Source of the DNA: Minisyncoccota bacterium
Lineage (GTDB): Bacteria; Patescibacteriota; Minisyncoccia; Phycocordibacterales; UBA9973
Length of the DNA: 64,000 bases
Direction of reading: 5' to 3'
Assembly: GCA_036169735.1 (NCBI GenBank)
Contig: JAVHNX010000033.1
Coordinates: 27,827-91,826 of the forward strand
Position numbers and translations under genes: made by a program. The notes below the pieces were generated by a model. That model was given only the letters and a program-made list of their open reading frames with translations. It searched no databases and was not told the origin of the DNA. How positions within the stretch are numbered: the first letter of the stretch is position 1; the number at the start of each line of letters is the position of its first letter. Shown here piece after piece: positions 8,333-16,573 of the stretch.

Positions 8333-10177
8333 GTGAAAGAAGACATTAAAGAACAATTGCAAAAATTCTTCAAAGGAGATGTAGAAGATAGTGAAGAAAC
8401 ACTTAAAACATATTCACACGATGCGAGTATTTTTGAGGTCCGACCTAAAGTAGTCGTTTTTCCAAAAGATTCGGAAGATGTACAAAATTTAGTTAAATGG
8501 GTAGGTGTTAACACAGAAAAATATCCAGGTCTCTCTATTACGGCTCGTTGTGCAGGGACAGATATGTCTGGCGGGGCAATAGGTGAATCTATCATTTTAG
8601 ATTTCACTAAGTATATGAATAAGTTGATAAGCTGGAATCAACCTCTAAAAAATTCTGCCGGCTTAACCCTTCCCGGAGAACCGGTTGGGACCCACACCGC
8701 TCAGAATTATTCAGAGGTTGCTTCCATAACCGTACAACCCGGTATGTTTTACCGAGATTTTGAAAAAATAACTTTGGAAAAAGGTCTTATTTTGCCTTGT
8801 TATACTGCTTCAAAAAGTCTCAATGCGATGGGTGGAATGTTTGGTAATAATTCGGCAGGTGAGCGAACTTTGAAATATGGTAAGACAGAAAATTATGTGA
8901 TGGAATCAAAAGTTATTTTTGCAGATGGGATTGAGAGAATAGTAAAACCTCTTTCAGAAAAAGAATTGCAGGATAAAATTTCTCAAAAAGATTTTGAAGG
9001 TGAAACTTATCGAAAACTTTATGAACTTATAAAAAGTAATCAAGAAGAAATAAATAATGCTCGACCAAAAGTCCATAAAAATTCTGCAGGTTATTATCTT
9101 TGGAATGTGATAGGTAATACTCAGTCTGTTGCAAATTCAGCCGGCTTAACCTTTCCCGGAGTACCGGTTGGGACCCACACCGCTCAGAATTTACAACAGA
9201 CTGAGTATTTTGATCTTAATAAACTTCTTGTTGGCTCACAAGGTACACTCGGAATAGCGACAGAGATTACTTTCAGATTAGTTAAAAATCCAAAATATTC
9301 AAAGCTCGTTGTTGTTTTTATGACGGACTTGAGTCCTCTTGGAAATCTTGTAGATGAAATATTAAAAGAGAATCCTGAAACATTGGAGACCTACGATGAC
9401 AAGACAATGAAACTCGCAGTCAGATTTTTCCCTGACTTTTTAAAGACAAAAGGTTTTGTCGGAATGATAAAATTCATGTGGAGTTTCTTGCCTGAACTAG
9501 GAATGATGATTACAGGCGGTTTTCCAAAATTAATTTTATTGGCTGAATTTGCAGGAGACAATGAGAACGAGGTAAATATAAAGTGTCAGAAACTTGTAGA
9601 AAGAATTAAAGTTTTTAAAATTAAAACTCATATAACAGGATCTGAAGCAGAAGCAGGAAAATACTGGGATATAAGACGTGATAGTTTTAGTCTTTTACGT
9701 AAGCACGTATCAGGTAAACGCACTGCACCATTTATTGATGATATCATTGTTCGCCCTGAATTCTTACCGAAATTTATTCCAGAATTAAATAAAATATTAA
9801 GTAAATACGATATCACTTATACCTTAGCTGGTCATGCCGGTGATGGTAATTTTCATGTTATTCCTTTGATGGATTTTAATAGACCTGATACTATAAAAAT
9901 AATTTTAGAGCTTTCAGAAAAAGTTTATAATTTGGTTTTACGTTACGAAGGGTCTATAACAGCAGAACACAATGATGGTCTTATTCGTACAATGTATCTA
10001 AAGAAAATGTATGGTGAGAAAATCTATGGTTTGTTTGCAGAAGTAAAGAATATTTTTGATTTTAAAAACATATTCAACCCCGGTAAGAAAGTATCTCTGC
10101 CTGACGGGCAAGCTGGTACTAAAGAATATATTTCATCACATCTTGCATTAGAGCATAATGTAAAACATGGTTCTTAA
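8333..10177 (+). CDS. FAD-binding oxidoreductase (D-lactate dehydrogenase/GlcD-like) with in-frame insertions
   Basis: DAS..P.VVVFP, AGTDMSG, GSQGTLG, GHAGDGNFH, AEHNDG, IFNPGK; two extra ~25-30 aa NSAGLT.PG.PVGTHTAQN segments. Confidence 0.9.
   Translation: MKEDIKEQLQKFFKGDVEDSEETLKTYSHDASIFEVRPKVVVFPKDSEDVQNLVKWVGVNTEKYPGLSITARCAGTDMSGGAIGESIILDFTKYMNKLISWNQPLKNSAGLTLPGEPVGTHTAQNYSEVASITVQPGMFYRDFEKITLEKGLILPCYTASKSLNAMGGMFGNNSAGERTLKYGKTENYVMESKVIFADGIERIVKPLSEKELQDKISQKDFEGETYRKLYELIKSNQEEINNARPKVHKNSAGYYLWNVIGNTQSVANSAGLTFPGVPVGTHTAQNLQQTEYFDLNKLLVGSQGTLGIATEITFRLVKNPKYSKLVVVFMTDLSPLGNLVDEILKENPETLETYDDKTMKLAVRFFPDFLKTKGFVGMIKFMWSFLPELGMMITGGFPKLILLAEFAGDNENEVNIKCQKLVERIKVFKIKTHITGSEAEAGKYWDIRRDSFSLLRKHVSGKRTAPFIDDIIVRPEFLPKFIPELNKILSKYDITYTLAGHAGDGNFHVIPLMDFNRPDTIKIILELSEKVYNLVLRYEGSITAEHNDGLIRTMYLKKMYGEKIYGLFAEVKNIFDFKNIFNPGKKVSLPDGQAGTKEYISSHLALEHNVKHGS
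8633..8726. mobile_element. 94-nt hairpin-bounded insertion element, copy 1
   Basis: 58-nt core 8651-8708; 18-nt arms complementary at 15/18. Confidence 0.8.
9116..9209. mobile_element. 94-nt hairpin-bounded insertion element, copy 2
   Basis: 58-nt core 9134-9191, 55/58 identical to copy 1; different 18-nt arms complementary at 17/18. Confidence 0.8.
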
Positions 10178-10185
10178 AATGTAAC

Positions 10186-11544
10186 TTATTGAATCTTTTC
10201 TATTTTATTTCCACCTGATGAATCTTTGATTTCATAGCCTAGAGATTTTATTTTATCTCGAAGTTCATCGCTTTTTTTAAAGTCTTTATTTATACGTGCT
10301 TCTTCTCGTTCTTTTACCAGTTCTGTTATTTCATTTGGAATAATTTCTTCTTTTATTTTATCAAAACCTAGTCCTAAAACTTTATCAAATTCAAGAACGG
10401 TTGCACGTTTATCGGCATTACTCATAAACTCATCTTTAAATACATCCCACAGAAGTGAGAGAGCTCTAGGTGTATCTAAGTCATCGGCTAAATAATTTCT
10501 AAATTTTTGGTTTAACTCACCGTTTACTTTTCCAGTATCTTCGCCCAAATCTTTATAGAGTCTATACAGACGTTTCAATGCTATTTCAGAGCCCTCCAAG
10601 GCTTCCCAGACGAAGTTTACTCTAGTTCGGTAGTTTGCCATTAAAAGCCAAAATCTATAAGAAATTGGATTGATTCCTTTCTCAATTAAATCACGCAAAG
10701 TAAAGAAATTCTTGGCAGATTTGGACATCTTTTTTTGATCAACCAAAACCCACTCATTGTGCATCCAATATTTTACAAATTGTTTTCCTGTTGCTCCTTC
10801 GGATTGAGCAATTTCGTTTTCATGATGAGGAAACATATTATCAACTCCACCAGTATGGATGTCTATCTGTTCTCCTAAATTTGCCATAGACATGGCTGAA
10901 CATTCTATGTGCCAGCCAGGTCGTCCTTTTCCGAGTTCAGTCTCCCAAAAAACATCACCATCTTTTTCATCCCACATTTTCCAAAGAGCGAAGTCTTGAA
11001 TGTTGTCTTTATCATATTCGTCACTTGTTATTCTGCCTGCAGCGTTCTCTTTTTGTTCTTCTATTACAAGATGAGAAAGTTTTCCATAATTTTTAAATTT
11101 CTTTATATTAAAATAAATACTACCATCTGTACTCTTGTAAGCGAGGTCCTTTTCAAGTAATTTCTTTATAAGACTAACCATCTCGTCTATATAATCTGTA
11201 GCTTTTATTAGTTTAGTTGGACTTAAAATATTTAGAGATTTTGTATCTTTTATAAATTCCTCAGTATAAAATTCAGTGAAATCTTTTAGTGATTTTCCTT
11301 CTTTTTGTGAATCACGAATAGTTTTGTCATCAATATCGGTGACATTCATTATGGATTTTACATTAAATCCTTCACGAGTCAGGACTCTTTTTAAAATATC
11401 AGCAAAGATATAAGCTCGGTAGTTTCCTATATGGGGATAATTATATACAGTTGGACCACAAGTATACATAGTAACCTCGTTTGGGTTAATAGGTAAAAAT
11501 TCTTCTTTTTCTCGAGTTAATGTGTTGAAGAATTTTAAAGCCAT
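10186..11544 (-). CDS. cysS: Cysteine--tRNA ligase
   Basis: CGPTVY, HIGN, DFALWK, GRPGWHIECSAM, KMSKS. Confidence 0.97.
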   Translation of the reverse strand: MALKFFNTLTREKEEFLPINPNEVTMYTCGPTVYNYPHIGNYRAYIFADILKRVLTREGFNVKSIMNVTDIDDKTIRDSQKEGKSLKDFTEFYTEEFIKDTKSLNILSPTKLIKATDYIDEMVSLIKKLLEKDLAYKSTDGSIYFNIKKFKNYGKLSHLVIEEQKENAAGRITSDEYDKDNIQDFALWKMWDEKDGDVFWETELGKGRPGWHIECSAMSMANLGEQIDIHTGGVDNMFPHHENEIAQSEGATGKQFVKYWMHNEWVLVDQKKMSKSAKNFFTLRDLIEKGINPISYRFWLLMANYRTRVNFVWEALEGSEIALKRLYRLYKDLGEDTGKVNGELNQKFRNYLADDLDTPRALSLLWDVFKDEFMSNADKRATVLEFDKVLGLGFDKIKEEIIPNEITELVKEREEARINKDFKKSDELRDKIKSLGYEIKDSSGGNKIEKIQ

Positions 11545-12446
11545 TTTTTTAGTTTAAAGAAAATGAAGGTAGCGATACTTGTTAAAAACATTCCACCTAA
11601 TATCATATAAAATTCAACAAAAGTTCTGATAAGAGGGAATTCAGTGTTCATCATAAAAACACTTGCTAGTAATGTTGCTGGTGCGATGATAAAAGTCATT
11701 ATAGTGAGTACTCTCATTGTCTCGTTTGTTTTAGATGAAAGGAGTGAATCGTTTGTTTCACGTAAGTCTGTCAGAACATCTTTTTCATTATCTAAAATAT
11801 TTTTTATTTTATTGTATTCACTGATGATAGATTCAAGATAAAAAGCGAATTCTGGGTCAAAGAATTTTTTACCAACTGACTCGAAAGATTTTAGAGTTTC
11901 ATAATGAAAACGTAATGATTGTCTATAACTAAGAAGATGTCTATTTAAATTTGAAATTGTTTTTACTGTTTCTTTTTCTCTACCTTCAAATATGTTGTGT
12001 TCTATTTTCTTTAGGTCAGGATTAATAGTATCGAGTTCAGTTATTACATTTTTGTAAAGTTCTTTGATTACGCTGTAAAAGAGATGCCCAGCATGATTGC
12101 CTACATTGTGTTTATCAAGTAAAGCATCCATTTCGAATTTTTTAGAAAATTCATGCAATGGGTTTATTAACTCGTAATGTATAGTTATTAAAAAATTCTT
12201 TCCAATAACGAAGTCTATTTCTTGTTCAGTTTTGAAATTTTTAAGATGGCGATTGACCGGGAAATGAAGAACTAGAAATATTAAATCCTTATAAAGATCT
12301 ACTTTTGACCGAACTGTCTCAGAAATGAACTCTTCAGCCATTAATTTGGGGAGAGAGAATTCTTCTACTAAGTGTGAAACTTCTTCTGGTGTAGGAGACT
12401 GTAAATCAACCCAAGTAATATTATTAAAACTATATTTTGAAATCAT
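11535..12446 (-). CDS. corA: CorA-family magnesium transporter
   Basis: WVDL..PT..E, NETMRVLT, two C-terminal TM helices; the GMN signature reads MMN. Confidence 0.8.
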   Translation of the reverse strand: MISKYSFNNITWVDLQSPTPEEVSHLVEEFSLPKLMAEEFISETVRSKVDLYKDLIFLVLHFPVNRHLKNFKTEQEIDFVIGKNFLITIHYELINPLHEFSKKFEMDALLDKHNVGNHAGHLFYSVIKELYKNVITELDTINPDLKKIEHNIFEGREKETVKTISNLNRHLLSYRQSLRFHYETLKSFESVGKKFFDPEFAFYLESIISEYNKIKNILDNEKDVLTDLRETNDSLLSSKTNETMRVLTIMTFIIAPATLLASVFMMNTEFPLIRTFVEFYMILGGMFLTSIATFIFFKLKKWL

Positions 12447-12506
12447 ATAAATAGATTATAGCAAAGATGCTTGCATTTTTACAATGTTTCGTATAATATA
12501 GAACTT

Positions 12507-12824
12507 ATGGAATTTGCAGTTATACAAACAGGTGGAAAACAATACAAAGTCTCAAAAGGAGATCTTTTTTCTACTGAGAAAATAAAGGGTGAATATAAGA
12601 AAGGGGACAAAGTTTCCTTTGATAAAGTTCTCTTGGTTGATGACGGAAAAGACACAACTATCGGTACTCCTTATATCACTGGTGCGAAAGTTGATGCTGA
12701 ACTTATTGAAATCGGAAGAACTCGAAAAGTGATGGTTATCAAGTACAAACAGAAATCCCGCTACCTACGCCGAAACGGACACAGACAGCCTTACTTTAAA
12801 TTTAAAATACTTTCTATAAGCTAA
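12507..12824 (+). CDS. rplU: 50S ribosomal protein L21
   Basis: FAVIQTGGKQYKV and GHRQPY. Confidence 0.97.
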   Translation: MEFAVIQTGGKQYKVSKGDLFSTEKIKGEYKKGDKVSFDKVLLVDDGKDTTIGTPYITGAKVDAELIEIGRTRKVMVIKYKQKSRYLRRNGHRQPYFKFKILSIS

Positions 12825-12858
12825 AACAAAAAAAACACCGTAAGGTGTTTTTTTGTTT
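12825..12858 (+). terminator. Intrinsic terminator after rplU
   Basis: aaacaaaaaaaacacc-gtaa-ggtgttttttttgttt-type hairpin. Confidence 0.8.
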
Positions 12859-12953
12859 ACTTTCTTTATTGTTTTAAGGTATATTTAAACAAAGAGTTCT
12901 TTATCTAGACCTTGTACACATCGCATGGGTCCTCCGTGGGTTTAGTTTAAAGT

Positions 12954-12987
12954 AATGCCTCACCTGTAATTGGGTGGGGTATTTTTT
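12954..12987 (+). terminator. Second plus-strand terminator (candidate sRNA 3' end)
   Basis: aatgcctcacc/ggtggggtatt stem needs G-U pairs that work only on the + transcript; T-run follows. Confidence 0.65.
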
Positions 12988-12991
12988 ATAA

Positions 12992-13012
12992 TACATAGGA
13001 GTCTCCTATGTA
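12992..13012. repeat. REP-like palindrome at transposase 3' end
   Basis: tacataggag-t-ctcctatgta; contains the transposase stop codon. Confidence 0.85.
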
Positions 13013-13650
13013 GTTGCATCATCATTAAAACTTAACCACTCAAATAATTCTTTTTTATGATCATCGGGTATTTTAAAATAAGCGGGGAACTGTAGAGGGT
13101 TTAGTATCTTAAATTTATTTTCATTGTATTCTTTTATACTCGAATATGGATATTCAAAAATATATTTTAATAACTCAGAAACTGATTTAGTTCTTTTTTC
13201 TTTCCAATTTTTGTCTATAAGTTTTGCTGGATTTAAATGAATATAAGAGTATAAGTACTTTAAATAATTATCTGTATCTAAATGTGTTGATTTAAATACT
13301 CCCTCATATAGTTTACCTGTTCGCTTGTACTTTTTATTGAAGTACATAGAATATCCCGTTAGTAGCTTACGCATATATACAGAAATACCATTTTCTATTT
13401 TTTCACGAACAAGAATATGAAAATGGTTTGGCATTAAACAAAAAGTACCAATATCAACGATTGTTTCTTTTCGATCAAAAAATTCTCCTACATTTCTTAA
13501 AGCTATACTTTTTTCAGTGTTACAAATATACATCAAGAACAAAAAATGCTGATAGTCTTGTTTATCTAAAAAGATTATTCTTTTTTCAGTGCCACGATTA
13601 TATAAATGATAATACTCATTTATAGCAAAAGATTGTTTTCGTAAAGCCAT
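13006..13650 (-). CDS. REP-associated tyrosine transposase (RAYT / IS200-like Y1 HUH)
   Basis: YYHLYNRG...IF...D, FCLMPNHFHILV (HUH), YIHLNP (catalytic Y), YPYSS; start MALRK after a -10 TATACT. Confidence 0.9.
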   Translation of the reverse strand: MALRKQSFAINEYYHLYNRGTEKRIIFLDKQDYQHFLFLMYICNTEKSIALRNVGEFFDRKETIVDIGTFCLMPNHFHILVREKIENGISVYMRKLLTGYSMYFNKKYKRTGKLYEGVFKSTHLDTDNYLKYLYSYIHLNPAKLIDKNWKEKRTKSVSELLKYIFEYPYSSIKEYNENKFKILNPLQFPAYFKIPDDHKKELFEWLSFNDDATT

Positions 13651-13666
13651 AGTTTTAAGTATAACA

Positions 13667-13706
13667 TACATAGGAGTTTCCTGTGTACATAGGAAACTCC
13701 TATGTA
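13667..13706. repeat. Inverted REP doublet upstream of transposase
   Basis: tacataggagtttcctgtgtacataggaaactcctatgta; 40-nt palindrome with one mismatched pair, made of two 21-nt units like 12992-13012. Confidence 0.85.
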
Positions 13707-13710
13707 ATGG

Positions 13711-13739
13711 TTGACAAAACAGTATAAAAGTGATACTCT
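13711..13739 (+). promoter_or_regulatory. Sigma70-type promoter
   Basis: TTGACA-17 nt-TACTCT, with TG extension. Confidence 0.65.
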
Positions 13740-13836
13740 TTACTTAGTTCTTTCTGTACAGAAAGATTGTCATGTGGCTCCAGAGTAGTCTTTATTCTCT
13801 GTAATATATAAAGAGTTCTTTAAATAACATCGTACG

Positions 13837-14175
13837 ATGAAAAACACAATTCAAATTTTAAGTGGTCCTTCAAGAGAAGAACTATTTGATGGTTTACGTC
13901 TTTTTTTTGAAAAGAGAACTGTAAATTTTACTGTAGAAAATGATAATGGAAGATCTAAAAGAGGTTTACCAACTATTATTCAATGTATTGAACCAGAAGA
14001 TGGAAGTGGAGATTCTTGGAATATTAGATTTAATATTCCAACTGAGGATTTATTACGTCTTGATTATAGTTTTTTTCCTGATAATTTTTATGACTCTCAT
14101 GTAAACAAAAAAATGGTAGGTGTAAAAGCTTATTATTCAACAAAAAGTAGAGTAGGAACAATAACTATTGAATAA
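13837..14175 (+). CDS. Hypothetical protein
   Basis: 112-aa ORF with own promoter and a terminator hairpin near 14192-14223. Confidence 0.7.
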   Translation: MKNTIQILSGPSREELFDGLRLFFEKRTVNFTVENDNGRSKRGLPTIIQCIEPEDGSGDSWNIRFNIPTEDLLRLDYSFFPDNFYDSHVNKKMVGVKAYYSTKSRVGTITIE

Positions 14176-14233
14176 AGTTTTTAATTATTTCAAAAGACCC
14201 TCACAAATGTGGGGGCTTTTTTTATTTCATTTT

Positions 14234-14851
14234 TTAACTTCGATTTTTAAGTGCGTTTTTTAGAGTTTCATTGTCAGAGTATTCAAGCTCTGTACCAGTA
14301 GATAGTCCACGGCCTAGAGATGATATTTTTATTGATAGAGAATCTGTAATATCTTTTAATTGTTCTCTCACATAATAATCAGTATGGTCACCTTGAGGAC
14401 TTAATGAGAACGCTAGTATTACTTCTTTTAGACCTTTATTAGAATTATCTTTTATTTTTTCTATCAGTTCATTTATTCGTATTCTTGTTTTAGTATTTTT
14501 TTCAACAATCGGTACAAGTCCACCTAAGACAAAATATTTTCCATGATAGGTGCGACTTTTTTTTATACTTTCTAAATCAGAATCTTTTTCAACTATCATC
14601 AGTGTCGATATCTCTGTTGAAGGGTCACTACAGATATCACAGAGCTTGTCTTTATTTGAGTTAAAAATATAAAATCTGAAACATTCTTTACATTGAGAAA
14701 CTTCTCTTTTTAATTCAGTAATCAAACTAGATAAATTGTCTGTATAGCTTGTACTCCGAGACATAAGAAAATAAACAAAACGTTTTGCTTGCCTTTCTCC
14801 AATACCTGGGAATTCTTTGAAATATTCTGTTAATTTATCTATTGGATCCAT
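14234..14851 (-). CDS. recR: Recombination protein RecR
   Basis: FPGIG.RQA.R HhH, C4 zinc finger, Toprim VE...D, GLSTGTELEYSD. Confidence 0.92.
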   Translation of the reverse strand: MDPIDKLTEYFKEFPGIGERQAKRFVYFLMSRSTSYTDNLSSLITELKREVSQCKECFRFYIFNSNKDKLCDICSDPSTEISTLMIVEKDSDLESIKKSRTYHGKYFVLGGLVPIVEKNTKTRIRINELIEKIKDNSNKGLKEVILAFSLSPQGDHTDYYVREQLKDITDSLSIKISSLGRGLSTGTELEYSDNETLKNALKNRS

Positions 14852-14859
14852 TGTATATA

Positions 14860-16251
14860 TTAAAACTCACTCAAACTATTTCCATTTTTAGGTGGAGAGA
14901 ATTCACTCATGTCGCTTCTTTCTAGGTTTAAGAATGTTGTAGTCTTTTCATCAAAATAAAGATCAACTTTTCCAACTGGACCATTTCTATGTTTTTCAAT
15001 CAAAATCTCAGCAATATTTGTTTTTTCAGATTCTTCTTTACCTTTGTCTTCACGGTGAATAAACATAACGACGTCCGCATCTTGTTCGATAGATCCTGAG
15101 TCACGAAGGTCTGAAAGTCTTGGTTTTCCTCCTCTGGATTCTACGGCACGAGATAATTGGGATAAAGCCAATACAGGAACATTGAGTTCTTTGGCCAATG
15201 CCTTGAGAGATCTAGAAATTTCAGTAACTTGGTTAACCATTGAATCATGGTTTTTAGAAGTAGTCATGAGCTGCAAGTAATCCACAACAATAAGATCCAA
15301 ACCTTTTTCGGCTTTGATTCTTCTAGCGAGTGATTTCATTCTGACAATAGAGTTACCAGCTTGATCATCGATATACATTTTTGCTTTTGAAAGTTTGTCT
15401 AAAGAATCACGTAGTTGTGCAAAATCTTTATCGGAAGATAAATTTCCAGTACGCAAATTCCAAGCATTCACTCTTGATTGAGCGGAAAGCATTCTATCGA
15501 CTAATTGTTGAGAGGACATTTCGAGAGAAAATATTAAAATTGATTTGTCATGATTTACTGCAGCTAAGCGCGCGATGTCCAAAGCTAATGTAGTCTTACC
15601 CATAGAAGGTCGAGCGGCAAGAATTATTAAATCTTGATTTTGAAGTCCAGAAAGAAGACCATCTAAATCTCGGAAACCTGTTGGTAATCCACGGAGCATT
15701 CCTTTGGTCTCGTGTAATTTTTCTAAACGCTCATAAGCTTCTGGCAACTCATCTTTCAAACTAACAAATTTCTGACTCTTCGGTGAAGAAACAACACTAA
15801 ACATTCTTTTTTCTGCCATATCTAAAATATCATCCATATGATCGTCGCCTTCCTCAAAAGCAAGTTCAGAAACATAATCAGCAGCTTCGATCAAACTTCT
15901 CAAAACATATTTTTTTTGAACTATATCTGCATAGTGCTTGGCGTTTGTGGATGAAGGAACAGTATTCACGATATCAGCAAGATATTGGTTTCCTCCGATA
16001 TTATCAATCAATTTTTGTTCACCAAGTTTAGTAGAAAGAGACAGCATGTCTATCGGTTCATTTTTTGAAGATAGATCGAGCATCGCATTAAAAATAATTT
16101 TATGTTTTTCAGCATAAAAAGAGTCTGGATTGATAGTGTCTTCTATTTCATGCATTGCTTCCTTGCGGAGCATGATAGACCCGAGAACAGCTTTCTCAGA
16201 CTCGATATGCTGAGGAGGAATACGTATTTCATTTTTTCTGTTATTTTTCAT
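14860..16251 (-). CDS. dnaB: Replicative DNA helicase
   Basis: PPQHIESEKAVLG, AARPSMGKT, DYLQL, LSQLSR, DLRDSGSIEQDAD, KHRNG. Confidence 0.97.
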   Translation of the reverse strand: MKNNRKNEIRIPPQHIESEKAVLGSIMLRKEAMHEIEDTINPDSFYAEKHKIIFNAMLDLSSKNEPIDMLSLSTKLGEQKLIDNIGGNQYLADIVNTVPSSTNAKHYADIVQKKYVLRSLIEAADYVSELAFEEGDDHMDDILDMAEKRMFSVVSSPKSQKFVSLKDELPEAYERLEKLHETKGMLRGLPTGFRDLDGLLSGLQNQDLIILAARPSMGKTTLALDIARLAAVNHDKSILIFSLEMSSQQLVDRMLSAQSRVNAWNLRTGNLSSDKDFAQLRDSLDKLSKAKMYIDDQAGNSIVRMKSLARRIKAEKGLDLIVVDYLQLMTTSKNHDSMVNQVTEISRSLKALAKELNVPVLALSQLSRAVESRGGKPRLSDLRDSGSIEQDADVVMFIHREDKGKEESEKTNIAEILIEKHRNGPVGKVDLYFDEKTTTFLNLERSDMSEFSPPKNGNSLSEF

Positions 16252-16261
16252 ATTATTTTTT

Positions 16262-16298
16262 ACTCCGACCTTATGTCGGAGTCCGACTCTGGTCGGAC
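16262..16298. repeat. Tandem ccgac/gtcgg hairpins in the dnaB leader
   Basis: actccgac-cttat-gtcggagt overlapping gtccgac-tctg-gtcggac. Confidence 0.75.
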
Positions 16299-16417
16299 CA
16301 TTAGGGCTATTCTAACACAGTGCAGAAATAGTCAAAATCAAAAAAGTGGGCAAACATGTTATTAAAATGGGGACAAATATTCCTGCTAAATTTTAAAGGA
16401 TATGATAATATATAACC

Positions 16418-16573
16418 ATGAGTTCAGATATTATCCAAAAAATAACGGAAATATATAGCGATTTTAAAAACAAGTTAAGCGATATAAAAAATCAAAAAAA
16501 ATCTTTACTTAAAATATATCGTACAAAAATTGAGGAGGCAAAAATAAAAGAGCTTAAAGAATCCATAAAATAA
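16418..16573 (+). CDS. Small coiled-coil protein (51 aa), absent from ORF track
   Basis: MSSDIIQKITEIYSDFKNKLSDIKNQKKSLLKIYRTKIEEAKIKELKESIK; -10-like box just upstream; TAATG overlap with the next gene. Confidence 0.65.
   Translation: MSSDIIQKITEIYSDFKNKLSDIKNQKKSLLKIYRTKIEEAKIKELKESIK

Noticed and set aside
8651-8708. Twister ribozyme identity for the insert core (minus strand has GGUCCCAA, GAAGGG, UAA)
   Set aside because: I could not map the motif order or pseudoknots onto the twister consensus by eye; it needs an Infernal search.
14860-16251. Intein in DnaB
   Set aside because: Normal length (463 aa), contiguous motifs, no splicing signatures.
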